Of a DNA stretch of 16,415 nucleotides, positions 1 through 11,156 are shown one piece after another. Within the stretch, counting starts at the first letter, position 1. Every line of letters begins with the position of its first letter. This DNA is from Rotaria magnacalcarata (Eukaryota). The notes under the pieces were generated by a model that worked only from the letters and a program-made list of their open reading frames with translations, was not told where the DNA came from and made no database searches. Location: the NCBI GenBank assembly GCA_905261645.1, contig CAJNOV010013844.1, positions 2,868 to 19,282 on the forward strand, given 5' to 3'. The position numbers and the translations under genes are program-made.

Positions 1-33
1 AAAAAAAGTTTTTATTGAAATTTTTTTTCATAG

Positions 34-353
34 ATAAAGATCAACGGAAAAATACTTCATTGAATGCTAAATTAATTGAAGATGCAGATCAATTTTTTAT
101 CACTATTAATGAATTAAGTAATCAATATATATGCATGAAAAAACAAAATGAACATCTATCATCATGTATTCAAGATTTTCAGGCAAATTTATATCCAAAT
201 GTGCGATTAAAATCGCAATTAATAGATTTTAATATAAATCAGTCTGATCAAGAAAATAATAATAATAATAAAGAAACAAATGATATTAATGAAGAAAATA
301 TGGAAATAACTATAAAAGAAGAACCAAAATTAGCAAAGATAACTTGTTCATAA
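34..353 (+). CDS. Putative 3'-terminal exon of a gene truncated at the left edge; low-complexity/coiled-coil-like C-terminus (…DKDQRKNTSLNAKLIEDADQFF…EEPKLAKITCS*)
   Basis: Open frame preceded by a pyrimidine-rich tract and AG acceptor (ttttttttcatag, AG at 32-33). It ends in TAA at 351-353. The track ORF start at 15 is a TTG inside the likely intron. Confidence 0.45.
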
Positions 354-867
354 TGAAGAATACGTTAGCAACAGCAACAACGAAAATATCTATTCAGGTG
401 AAACTTTGCATTTCTCAAATTTGTTTTCTTGTAATAAATGATTCGATAAAAATATTTTTTCATAATCATACATAATAAAGATTTAATGTAACTAATGTTC
501 ATGCATTTTAAATTAGTATAACAGAATATAGTCAATGAGGCTTTAAAATTTTATTCGCTTTTAAATGTTTATTTATCATCAGTAGTAGGTCAACCATCGA
601 ATTGATCGGCACTTATTTTAAACCTAATTAATGTAATTTGCAATCAAATCAAGATTGTTACTTCATGAAGTCAGAAAGGCGGAAATCTCTATTGTCGTCA
701 GATTTTAGCATTTCTGAGAGTTCAACAGTATAAATGCAGATGTAAGTGAGAAGATCATATTCACAGTCAGAACCCTTGATGTTCGTTTTTTCATCTTACG
801 AATTATAAAAAATTAAAGTTATTTCAAAAGTGAATCTATAGATACAATCCGAAGAATTGTTCAAAGC

Positions 868-930
868 AGGGTGTGGGGTGTGGGTGTTTATGTTCGTTTT
901 GTCCTTAGTTCCATCCACACCCACATCCTT
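868..930. repeat. Telomere-like GT/CA hairpin motif, copy 1
   Basis: agggtgtggggtgtgggtg … ccatccacacccacatcc; G-rich arm first, C-rich arm second. Confidence 0.6.
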
Positions 931-2942
931 TGTAATGAATCGAAGGTAAAATTTGTGAACAAAATCGATCAAATGAGTCATTAGAAGAACATCTTGTCAT
1001 TATTAAATGATTCGTAAAAATAGAATCATGTACAAGTTTATTAAATCGTTTATTGACATCTATGAATGAGTAGAGTACTTCAACTTTGTTCAATTTTTTT
1101 TAAATAAGAAGAAGAATCTCATCAGGTAAATCATTTAACTTCGTCGACAAACCTTCCATGTTTAACTTCATCTGCGTATTTGTTATTTTCGTTTATGTTG
1201 ACTTATTCAATTTGACTGATTTTGTCAATGAAAACAATGAAAAGTTTTTTTCTATAGTCGAAGTTGACGATGAATAGACATCGATGAACATCAATGCTGT
1301 CTATTACAGATCTAATAAGATGAATAATATATCATTCATGTTGAATGGAAATAGTTGTTTAGAAGTTAAATATCAGTGTTTTAGTTTCAATAAAATATAG
1401 TACGAATTATCGTGAGAGGAATTCCATATATATGTATCCATCCATTTTAAGTCATAAATTTATTCATTTGATTATGAGACCAAAAGAAATAAAATAACTC
1501 TTTTGTCTCAAATAAAAAGTTTTTTTTAGAAAATTTAAGAAGATCAAAAAAGAATTCTTTTTTAAATTTTTTCTCATTCGTGCACTTAAATCAACAAAGA
1601 TGTTCTTGAGACTGAAGATGATGCTGACATACGTAAAAACACGTTTATAGAGTACATCATTTTATTTAGGGTAACTGGTTCTTAATATCTTGTAGCACAT
1701 GATACTACCTTGCTTGCAATATCTGATAGTTCCTCGTACCAGCTGGTAGTACTTTTAATTGTCATATGAGATTGTTAAAAAATCAAGCGACTATTTGTTT
1801 TTCTCTTATGATTGAAAGTGACATTTTTCAAGATTCTTTCATATACAGATGAAATCAGTCTGCATTCTTGACGATCGGTGCCAGTTTTATTTCACGATAG
1901 GGATATTGCTGACGTAGTCAACTGTCATCAACAGTTCCTCAGATATTTTCTACGCTTTAGTAATTAAAACTGAAAAGAAGTTTTGCATATATTTATATGA
2001 AAAAAAAAGCAAAAAGGTTAATGAGAGGTACTAGCTAGTTGTTGATCAGTTATTTTTCATCAAATTCGATTGTTAAAAAATTCTTCTCCTATCAACTTGA
2101 AACTTTTCGAGAATGTTTTATAATAGATAACTAAACTATTTTAATCAGCTTAATGTTGTACAAAGCTCTTGAATTTCGATGTTTTCTTTTTGGCCATAGT
2201 TCAGTTAACATACGTTCAGTTGCTAAAAGAATCAATTTATGATTAATCAAGAGAAACTTAATTTCTTTACAAAAAGAACCCGGTTCTATCATCGATATTA
2301 TAATTTAAGATAGCAATAATTGTTCTCTGATGAGAAATCAATGAACTTTTGATCTTATTATTTAGATCTGACATGGTGGTTCACAAAAAGTGATCAGCTG
2401 GGTTTTTTTGTGAGTGAAAGGAACTGTATTAGAAAATAAACGAACATTTATTATCGTTTTTATTGTTGATTTAATCGAGCTTTTTCTTGTTCTTGGTATG
2501 ATGTTTTTTAACCGATAGGCGATGTATCCGACGTAAAAAAAAGAAAGATAGATTTTTATTCAATTGAAATATATCTTTCAAATTACTAGCTAAGAGTAAG
2601 AATATATGATTGAATTGCTTCACTAGATCTATAGATGTATCGAGATCAAGATCGAAAGTCTCGATTTCGGTATATTCATAACCAGATCTTCATTCGATCT
2701 TTCAAAAAAGAACTTTTTTTCAATTAAATTATTGCTTTTTGTTTGACGTCCAAACTGTTTCTAAGGGAGATGAAGAATTCAAAATCAAAGTAAGCATTTA
2801 GATAATCTAAGACCGGAATAAGATCAAGAATAATATTTTTTTCATTTTTCAACATATCTGATGTAGCTACAAGGAAAACAATTGTTGATATAAATCGAAC
2901 CTAAAGATATTTGCATCTCAAAAATCTAAAAGGACAATCGTC

Positions 2943-2990
2943 GTGTGTGGGTGCCAATGAAGAGTAGACCTGCGCACATACCCACACTCT
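2943..2990. repeat. Telomere-like GT/CA hairpin motif, copy 2
   Basis: gtgtgtgggtgc … gcgcacatacccacactct. Confidence 0.5.
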
Positions 2991-3233
2991 TCTAAGGATA
3001 CGAAATAAAGAGCATTCAGGGAGTGCAAAACATATATATGCAGGATGAGACTGAAAATATAATTGACGTACTTTTACCCTTTAAAAATCCGAAATATTAA
3101 CTATGAATCATTATCATCGTGCTTTTCAATAAGAAAATCAAAATTTTTTATTTTATTTTCAAAATCGCAAAAGTAACAAGTAGTCATATATTCTACATGA
3201 CCATTCAGTGTTTTAGCAAACCATCATAAATGT

Positions 3234-3326
3234 CTATGTTTTTTTATTACATTTTATCTGGTTGTTTAAACGATCTTTCAGATTTTGCTCCATCTGGTAC
3301 CACTCCAACTTCAATGTTGTCAGTGT
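3234..3326 (-). CDS. Terminal exon TLTTLKLEWYQMEQNLKDRLNNQIKCNKKT*
   Basis: Phase-0 acceptor aacag; stop codon at 3234-3236. Confidence 0.65.
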   Translation of the reverse strand, partial: TLTTLKLEWYQMEQNLKDRLNNQIKCNKKT

Positions 3327-5441
3327 CTGTTAGAAAAAATACAACTGTTTATATCATAGTGATCAAAACAAAATGGCACTCACCCTATTTTCTCGTAATG
3401 CCACAATAAAATATTCAACCCCCTCATCTCTCATGTCATTAAATGTCAGATCGAGTGTCATTAGTCTCTGCATATAATAGCGGACAGTAATATATGTTAA
3501 AATACGAAAAGAAAGCGATAATCACCGTATTATTCTGTAATGCACCAGCAAGATATTTCGCACCAAGATCTCCAATATGATTGTCTAGTAGATTCAGTGT
3601 TGTGAGTGTCTGTGTAAATAAATGCAGAAAAGTATATAGATCAATTTTTATAGAATCAGGCTAACGTTATTAGTTCGTAATGCATCGGACAGATACTGTA
3701 CTCCTTCGGCATTAATCTCGTTATACCCGAGATTGAGTGTTGTGAGTGTCTGTGTAAATAAATGTAGAAAACTATATGAACCAATTTAATAGAGAATCAG
3801 GCTCACCGTATTATTTCGTAATGCATCGGCCAGATACTGTGCTCCTTCGGCATTAATATCGTTATACCCGAGATTGAGTGTTGTGAGTGTCTGTGTAAAT
3901 AAATGTAGAAAAATCTATAAAGCAATTTTTATAGAGTCAGGCTCACGTTATTAGTTCGTAGTGCATCAACTAGATGTTGTACTCCTTCGGCATGAATATC
4001 GTTAGACCCGAGATTGAGTGTTGTGAGTGTCTGTGTGAATAAACGCCGAGAATTATGTAATATAGACACTTATAAAATAAGACCTACCGTATTATGTTGC
4101 AATGCAAAAGCCAGAAGATATGCTCCTTCATCTCCAACCCCAGCACCGGTCAGATTGAGTGTGAGGAGTGTCTATGTGGAAAATTTTAAACGACAGCATG
4201 CGAAAGTAAATCTGAGAATATGGCTTACCTTGTTATTCCGTAATGCATCAGCAAAATGTTCTCCTCCGTCGACTCCGATATGGTTCTCATTGAGATGAAA
4301 TTCGGTTAGTGTCTGTGTATAAAAACGCAGGGAGTGACATAAAATAGCTTAAGAATGCAGAATTCTTACGGTGTTGTTTTTTAATGCATTTGTTAGATGT
4401 TGTACTTCTACAGCACCTATTGCGGTGTTATGGAGCTTGATTGTGGTGAGTGTCTGTATAGGAAAATATAGATAAACACGCGTGAGAGATTAACATAAAA
4501 TCAGACTTACTGGGTTATTTCGTAGTGCATTAACAATGTGTTTTATTTGGTCGCATCCGACGACTTCATTGCATAAAAACAAAGTGTCGAGTTCCTTTGT
4601 AAAAGAATATACATAGTTTTCGATGCCGTGCTGGTGGTAAATGAATAAAAGTCTGAGCTCTAAAATACAACGTCTTTTCCAGTGTCTTGTAGGAAATATA
4701 GAAATTTCGCTGTTTTCAATTTCAGTACAGAAGTATTATGATTCAATAATTGCTCTCGAGCGAGTGTGATCTACCGATGCTAGACTGAACGTTTTAGGTA
4801 TGGTTCCCGTCTCGAGACAATGTTATGAATTGTCTCAAGTCCTATTTCGCCAAAGTCACTTTTGACAATCAATTAAATCATTCGAATAATATTCGGAAAT
4901 TCGATAGAAGAAGCTGGCTACGATAAGCTAGTCATCCTTATATACTATTTTATGTTTCAATTTGTAGAATCGAAATTACTGTAGTTCCACAGTGTAGTCT
5001 CTTCTGTAAATGTCTCTATGGTCAATATTCAAGTATAAAATTTATTGAAATCAACAAGATGCATTCTGTAATATTTAATTGAATGCATTTGCACGATTCT
5101 TTTCTTTACATAATGATAAAATATTACCAACGAACTATTACTATTATGAAATCAACCGTTAATTTAGTTCCTTCTTTAAATGAAAAGATATCTCAACTGT
5201 TGAAAATGCTACGACTTACCTGATATCCAGGATAAGCATCCATGATCGTATTCAATCGTGTACACACTTGACGAAGTGAACAAATAATTGTAAAATCACT
5301 CAGATTATCGAAAATCATATGGATAAGCTCAACGGGTAATGTTAAAAGAGATGCAGAATCTTGATGAGTCATTATTTTTGTTTGGTTGTCACCATCATAT
5401 TCTGTTGAAACGAATGTCTCTTGAAATTTTCTTTTATTCAT
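3234..5441 (-). CDS. F-box / leucine-rich-repeat (ribonuclease-inhibitor-type) protein gene, multi-exon; overall span with small introns, one internal region unresolved
   Basis: F-box exon 5220-5441 ends at a GTAAGT donor. LRR exons run from about 4594 down to 3384 and a terminal exon carries the stop at 3234-3236. Introns between LRR exons have GT..AG borders and are 56-58 bp. Confidence 0.7.
3384..3467 (-). CDS. LRR exon RLMTLDLTFNDMRDEGVEYFIVALRENR
   Basis: 84 nt, phase 0, AG acceptor and GTGAG donor. Confidence 0.7.
3526..3609 (-). CDS. LRR exon TLTTLNLLDNHIGDLGAKYLAGALQNNT
   Basis: 84 nt, phase 0, AG acceptor and GTGAT donor. Confidence 0.75.
3666..3749 (-). CDS. LRR exon TLTTLNLGYNEINAEGVQYLSDALRTNN
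   Basis: 84 nt, phase 0, AG acceptor and GTTAG donor. Confidence 0.8.
3807..3890 (-). CDS. LRR exon TLTTLNLGYNDINAEGAQYLADALRNNT
   Basis: 84 nt, phase 0, AG acceptor and GTGAG donor. Confidence 0.8.
3947..4030 (-). CDS. LRR exon TLTTLNLGSNDIHAEGVQHLVDALRTNN
   Basis: 84 nt, phase 0, AG acceptor and GTGAG donor. Confidence 0.8.
4088..4171 (-). CDS. LRR exon TLLTLNLTGAGVGDEGAYLLAFALQHNT
   Basis: 84 nt, phase 0, AG acceptor and GTAGG donor. Confidence 0.75.
4229..4312 (-). CDS. LRR exon TLTEFHLNENHIGVDGGEHFADALRNNK
   Basis: 84 nt, phase 0, AG acceptor and GTAAG donor. Confidence 0.75.
4370..4453 (-). CDS. LRR exon TLTTIKLHNTAIGAVEVQHLTNALKNNT
   Basis: 84 nt, phase 0, AG acceptor and GTAAG donor. 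Confidence 0.75.
4511..4594 (-). CDS. LRR-coding segment ELDTLFLCNEVVGCDQIKHIVNALRNNP; the open frame continues upstream (…RHWKRRCILELRLLFIYHQHGIENYVYSFTK) to about 4690
   Basis: Ends in donor gtaagt. The same frame is open upstream past 4594. A putative acceptor aacag lies just upstream, but its phase does not match exon 1 directly. Confidence 0.55.
5220..5441 (-). CDS. Exon 1: F-box domain (MNKRKFQETFVSTEYDGDNQTKIMTHQDSASLLTLPVELIHMIFDNLSDFTIICSLRQVCTRLNTIMDAYPGYQ)
   Basis: LP.EL...IF..L.....I...R.VC.RLN F-box core. The exon is 222 nt, ATG at 5441, phase-0 donor CAG|gtaagt at 5219. Confidence 0.75.
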
Positions 5442-6139
5442 ATCAATAGAATTTGTGGTTTGTTGACGAATGTCTTTGTAGATTAAAATAAAGTAGGTGT
5501 ACTTTGATAAACCCTAAAAAAGAAGTCAAGACTAATGAAATGTAATAGGCAAGACAACTTTTTCAGTCATCTCGAATGTTTTACTCGTGATGTATTCGTT
5601 CAATTCGTCCTAGAATTAGAAAGAACTACAGTTTTTCAGTTAACATTTTCTCCTAAACGAATATTCCTTATACACGTAGTAAAAACCTGATGCATTTAAA
5701 AATTGAATTTTATAAAACAGATTCAGTTGTTTATAATAAATTCAAACATTTTTTCACTTGAAAAAGTATCTTAAGCTATCAGTATAAAAAAATGCGCATT
5801 TCGAAAAATACGTTGATAAAGGTAGTTTTACTAATTTCACCAATTTTTATTTAACGGTATTTAATAGATCGACAAAAAGTAATTGCTCAAATATTGTATT
5901 TTCGGACTTCGAATGTTAACATGGAAAATGAATGAAAAAATTGGTTGATCTGCCTTTAGTTTTGAAGGAGTCTTTTCTATCAGCCTTAATTGATTTGAGA
6001 AAACTCTTGACTAGACTTTAAGAAGAAAATAATCCTATCCAGTAGGTCATGAGAAAATACATTAAACCAAGAATATCGACCAACATGAAAGTAGATGTTC
6101 AGTTACTTATTGATCTCAGATTTTGTAATCTGCTCTCTA

Positions 6140-6158
6140 ATATATATATATATATATA
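6140..6158. repeat. (TA)n microsatellite
   Basis: Direct reading: atatatatatatatatata. Confidence 0.9.
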
Positions 6159-7315
6159 ATTGTTCGATCATCATCGAATTTATTTTCAGTTCTATGTTGT
6201 TATATACATAACATTAAAAAGCCTTGTGGTACGTCAAAGTCTAATGAACTACCGGATATCCTACTGTTTATTACCATCATATTCTTCATAAAATATGATA
6301 GTAATAAGCAACAATTTCTTATACTTAAAAATAATTAAACATTAACTCAATGTTTAAGACTTAGTATCGTTTTATCTACGATAAAAATATTTTTAATATT
6401 AAATAAAAATTTTAAGTAAGAGTCATATATCGCTTTTATTTGTGTTGATTTCCACAACAATCGTATTTTTACATTTATGCTAACTGTTTCGGAAAATTGC
6501 GAGTTGTATCAAAGATTTATAATCCCTTAGAAATATCTACTCGTACCTTACGTAATATTGCTTCATTCTGTTTCTATTCATTCGATAAAATATTGAATTG
6601 TTGTTTATTATGTTCTTGTATGAATACAGTACTTTCGAATTCGAGAAGAAATAGATTTATGGCAGTTTCATATATATTATTTACTACATTAGCCTGAAAT
6701 TTGAATTGATGAGGATTTCAGCGAGAAAGAAGTTGCCTCTAGGTTTAATAATTTTCGTCGTAGAAATCATATTTTGAAATTCAAAATAAAACGACTAACG
6801 TGTCTTATTTACTCGCTAGTTTTTGAATTGACGATCACACGAAAATATATATATATATCTTTAAAAACTATATCGTAGAATAATCAACCAGTATATTTAT
6901 ACATAACTTTATGTTTATAATTTTAAAGGAAAACAATACATAGGATATAACAAATAGTTTAATGGCTATTTATTATTTATCTCATTCAGACAATGAAACA
7001 AAGAATATCAAGATCTATTGGTAGATACGTTGACTAACAAAAATCGTTCTATTTCAACAATTGATTCGATACACTGTTAAATATTGTTTCTAACTGAATA
7101 AAATAATTTACGGTTTCTTTTGAATTCAACATGCTCCGTAATTTTCTTTATACAAACTATTACAGTAAAAAGACTAACAAATTCAAAGCTAAAGTAAGAA
7201 AATAGATTTCGTTGAATTATATATGATTCGATAGACCTCGCGAAAGCACTGCCCGATAGGAATCTCAAATTTCTGCACATTTATTGTGACTATTTCTTCG
7301 TCATGATATTCTACT

Positions 7316-7340
7316 CCGAGGGTGTGGGCATGGGTGTGAT
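7316..7340. repeat. Telomere-like G-rich arm (tccgagggtgtgggcatgggtgtg), solo; partner C-rich arm not seen
   Basis: Shares tccgagggtgtgggc with copy 4 at 7597-7611. Confidence 0.5.
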
Positions 7341-7596
7341 TGTAATTCGTCGTGACGCTAGCAGTCCAATAAACACAAGAAATTTTAATGTTGAGGAAAC
7401 AAATGAAATAAAATCACCAATTAAATACAACTTAGGTTTTGAACTGATTTCCTACAGTCAGGCAAGAATGAAATGATCAAAGGAAATAAAAGTAATAGTA
7501 CGATAGCACATGTTGAAAGCAATAGATGTTTATATTGTTTAAATTGTTTTGATAATAGTCGTCTATACGGTTGATTTCTCTTAGAACTCGAACCAA

Positions 7597-7648
7597 TCCG
7601 AGGGTGTGGGCGCATAGAAGGTTCTTATACACTTACATCCACACTCTC
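7597..7648. repeat. Telomere-like GT/CA hairpin motif, copy 4
   Basis: gagggtgtgggcgcatag … acacttacatccacactctc. Confidence 0.5.
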
Positions 7649-7983
7649 AATCTTCAATAGGCTGAAATGCATTTTTTTTCTTTTTAATACGCTATTGTTG
7701 CATGAATAAGTTTGATAAATTTGATGGTCATAATAGCAACCCATGTTGCGAAAACCGGATCAGTTTTAGCGGTAAACCGGTATGTAGATGTGTCTTCTCT
7801 TCATTTACGCTTACACCCTATTTTCATGATGTTCAACTAGATGACTTGATCATTTATCGAACCAGGGTTTCGATAATCAAATCAATCATTGTCTCATCTT
7901 AAAATATTCGAGATACACTTTAAATGTCGTTGACTTTTAAAATTTAGCTAATATTAAATAGATATAATCGGAAACCATTTTCT

Positions 7984-8035
7984 TGAGGGTGGGTGTGAAT
8001 GTGAATTTAAATAATATCAACACCCACATCATCGG
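7984..8035. repeat. Telomere-like GT/CA hairpin motif, copy 5
   Basis: tgagggtgggtgtgaatgtgaa … caacacccacatcatc. Confidence 0.55.
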
Positions 8036-8204
8036 GACTATCGAGAATAACAAGTTTTGTTAATTGGTGTAGCTGATGAAGATTAGAAATAAGTGAACGA
8101 AACGTTTGTTGCGAGACATGGTTTAACTTTAAAGATTGAAAATTTTCAAAGCTCTCAATCGAAGACAGACAACTTGAGATGGATTTAAGTTTTGCAGCAG
8201 ACAT
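8007..8204 (-). pseudogene. Possible LRR-like fragment of an F-box/LRR family gene (…NFQSLKLNHVSQQTFRSLISNLHQLHQLTKLVILDS…)
   Basis: Leucine periodicity (LKLNHVS…LRSLISNL..L..LTKLVI). Short and without a recognisable flanking gene structure. Its last codons come from the hairpin motif at 7984-8035. Confidence 0.3.
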
Positions 8205-9620
8205 CTGAACTGGGAATGTCTTAGATCATTATCGATTTGTATTGAAGTCTAATGAGTGTTAATCAGATAGGTGAAACGCGAGTTGAAATTAGAACAACTT
8301 CGTTAAATGAAAGATAATCAAAACAAAAATAGATTAACTCGTTTGGAAAATGAAGAACGTGTGATCGTACAGTCATCGAAAACGTGAGAAAATTCTATGT
8401 AGTAACAAAATTAATTACTGTGGTAACTGTGGAAGGATTAACAAAAAAATTATTTTCTCATCAGCGGATAACAACAACTGTATTGAATATACAAGAGAAA
8501 GTAAAAAAATGGAACCAGTGCTCTTAAAAAACCTTTCCTGCCAAACATTCCACTACAGCACAAAAATAAAATGTAGCGTAAATCATGATATTAGTCTATG
8601 CACTCAATATACAGTTATTTTCCAGTGTAGTTTCTATTCTCTCAAAAGAAAAGATAAGCAGGCTCGATTGCACCAATACACGTTATTTTGTCGAATCCGA
8701 TCGTTTTTTTCCTGCGTATATTTTTTCCATGATATTATTCACTCTCTTCCATTAACAAAATTAAGTATGGTAATCAAAATGTTGCACTTGTTTTCTTTAG
8801 AAATAAATTTCCCGCGAAGCAATAACAGGACGAAAGAAAAAAAAAAAATTTTTGTCGCGATTTGATATAACTCTGTGAAATAAGTGTACATTTCTTGACT
8901 CAAATAATTATTTATGCCTCTCCATAAGTTCGTGTCGAAGTTAATTTAAAAGAATTGCATTTTTCGCCTATATATTGAAAGATCTAACGGAATAGTGAAT
9001 AGCCGCGCTTGTTTTCTGGAAGTGACATCAAAATCACTTTGGACAAATAATATAAAATAAAATTCAAGCATTACTTTTCGGAGAAATTAGCAGAGATTCC
9101 ATGCAATATGACTTCGTCTCACCAATGAAATTTTTGTTGATCACTTACAATAAATGTGATATATGTTAGGCTAATGAGCCATTACTTGACATAGTTCTAG
9201 AAATTGAAACATAGTTTGTATTTATGTATTTTTCATAGTGAAGTTTTAACAAATAACAACCAAATCTATGTTGTGTTTGGCAAGAATTTGTAGTTATTTC
9301 TTCATAGTTAACATTATTGGAAATACCAGACAAGAAAAACAAAGTGTTGCAAATGTAGAAAGTCGATAAGGAAAGAATTGATTCTAAAATTGAATAAAAA
9401 AAGTTCTTCTCAAAAGTGTCTCTATATTTCGGAAAAACTCAATTTCAGTATTTTCAAAAACTTCCACTAGCGCATTGTAATTAATCGACATCTACGCGCC
9501 GGAAATTGTTATGGTAACTTAGCCTTTGAGATGTTTAGTGATTATGAAAATTTCTATAATTTAATGATTGAATAAGAGAAATTTTAAAACTGTTTGCATA
9601 CTTTATTTAATGATATCGGA

Positions 9621-9787
9621 CAGAGACCCGCGGTATGCGGTATCAATACCGTACCGTATCGTACCGTACCGTGGAGAAACGAGACGGTATTGAAAAAAAA
9701 AGAAGTAGGACGAGACGGAACGGGACGGTATCGATAAGTCGCGGGACGGGACGGTATGCGGTATCAGGTAGCTATACCGCTCTCCCG
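9621..9787. repeat. Left terminal inverted repeat plus subterminal CGGTA/TACCG array of the hAT element
   Basis: About ten CGGTA or TACCG copies in both orientations, e.g. cggtatcaataccgtaccgtatcgtaccgtaccgt. Confidence 0.8.
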
Positions 9788-9947
9788 TGTCGATGCAAGA
9801 AGTCTTTTAATAATGATTTTCAGTGGCATCTATTGTATATTTTTTTTATTCGCGTGAAGCATCAATAAAAACTGAACAAATTATTGATCTCTTGTTTCCA
9901 TTGTTTTGAATTTATTGTTATTTATTATAAAGTGAATTGTATTGAAA

Positions 9948-10575
9948 ATGGATTATAATCAATCTGATCAACATACTTGTGAACCATCATCATCGATATC
10001 ATCATCATCCACATTCACATCATCCACATCATCATTAGTCACATCAACATCATCATCGTCAACTGGTTCTGGTATTTCTTCTTCCACAGTGTCATCTAAT
10101 GAAAATGATACTCGTGAAAAAATTCAACACCATTTAAAATATAATAAAACTGAATATATAATCCTTGACAATCCAAATTCAAATAATAAAAAGTCGTCTG
10201 TTTGCTGGCGTTCATTTGGATTTCCAGCGAAGCGCGACATTAATGGTGTTCCTCAGAAAATTAAAAATTTTGTTTCATGCAAGAATTGTTTTACCACTTA
10301 TTCATATGCTTCAAATAGCACCACGTTTCTCAACAAGCATAATTGTTTATCTTCTGATCGAAAACCAAATTCTACTTTATCTTCATCTTATAATACATCG
10401 TCTTCTCAAACTTTGATTACAACATATGGTCAACCAAAAACTGTTCGATTACCTGATTCACATTCGAAAGATATGAAAGATCTATTGGTACGATGGATAT
10501 GTAAAGACATGAGACCTTTTGCTACAGTTGATGATGATGGATTTCGTAAAATTGCTCAACGTTGTGTTTCCATTG
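9948..10575 (+). CDS. hAT transposase exon 1: Ser/Thr-rich N-terminus, BED-like zinc finger (VSCKNCFTTYSYASNSTTFLNKHNC), RWICKDMRPFATVDDDGFRKIAQRC
   Basis: First ATG at 9948 (track start at 9942 is a TTG). Phase-1 donor cattg|gtaatt at 10576. Confidence 0.8.
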
Positions 10576-10810
10576 GTAATTTGATATTTTATTGAAAAAA
10601 TTCTTTCTTTTTTCTGTATAACAGCTTTTAAATATTTTAAATATTGAGATTTCTGCGTTATTTATCATCAATGATGAACCATAGAAAACATATTTGGCTA
10701 ACATTAGTGATTAATTCTACAATTAAAGAACAATGAATCTTATATAAATGAAATATAGATATCTTTTGCATCTTTACTCAATAAAATATTGAAATTTTTT
10801 GTCTATTCAG

Positions 10811-11106
10811 GTGCTCAATATGGAAATATTGATATTAATCAAATTCTTCGTTCATCGAGTACAATTTCTTCACATATTCATGAATTAGCCGATACTGAAC
10901 GTGCTCGACTGAAGAATCTTTTATCTTTGGCTACTAAAAATGGTTCTCTTTGTTTATGTCCTGATTTATGGACAGATAGCAATCGACAATGTTCCTATTT
11001 GGGTATTACTGCTTCCTTTGTTGATGATGAATATCATTTGCATAATATTGATTTATGTTGTCATCCGTTTCCTAATGTAAGGAAAACAGCTGAAAATATT
11101 ATTATA
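10811..11106 (+). CDS. hAT transposase exon 2: GAQYGNIDINQILRSSSTISSHIHELADTERARLKNLLSLATKNGSLCLCPDLWTDSNRQCSYLGITASFVDDEYHLHNIDLC…
   Basis: Acceptor ctattcag|GTGCTC; splicing restores IGAQYGN; DLWTDS…YLGIT motif carries a first catalytic Asp candidate; donor gtgagt at 11107. Confidence 0.8.
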
Positions 11107-11156
11107 GTGAGTATACGAAATGTTATTATGAGAATTTTTTATTTTTCTTAATATAG

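Noticed and set aside
2530-2750. Possible MITE between gacgtaaaaaaaagaaag… and …gctttttgtttgacgtc
   Set aside because: Terminal similarity is weak and dominated by poly-A/T; no target duplication could be identified, so it is not reported as a feature.
4014-4298. Plus-strand ORF of 94 aa (MSVVSVCVNKRRELCNIDTY…)
   Set aside because: It is antisense to two well-supported LRR exons and their intron on the minus strand, so it is a by-product.
7077-7280. Minus-strand ORF 67 aa (MCRNLRFLSGSAFARS…), with similar ORFs at 7421-7615 and 6497-6697
   Set aside because: Short, no recognisable motifs, AT-rich background; not supportable as genes.
8509-8865. 118-aa plus-strand ORF (MEPVLLKNLSCQTFHYSTK…)
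   Set aside because: Phe/Ser/Lys/Ile-rich composition typical of random AT-rich DNA. No domain pattern or splice context recognised.
10165-10416. 83-aa plus-strand ORF overlapping the transposase
   Set aside because: Alternate frame inside hAT transposase exon 1, which has clear domain support.
10522-10704. Minus-strand 60-aa ORF
   Set aside because: Antisense to transposase exon 1 and intron 1; no domain evidence.
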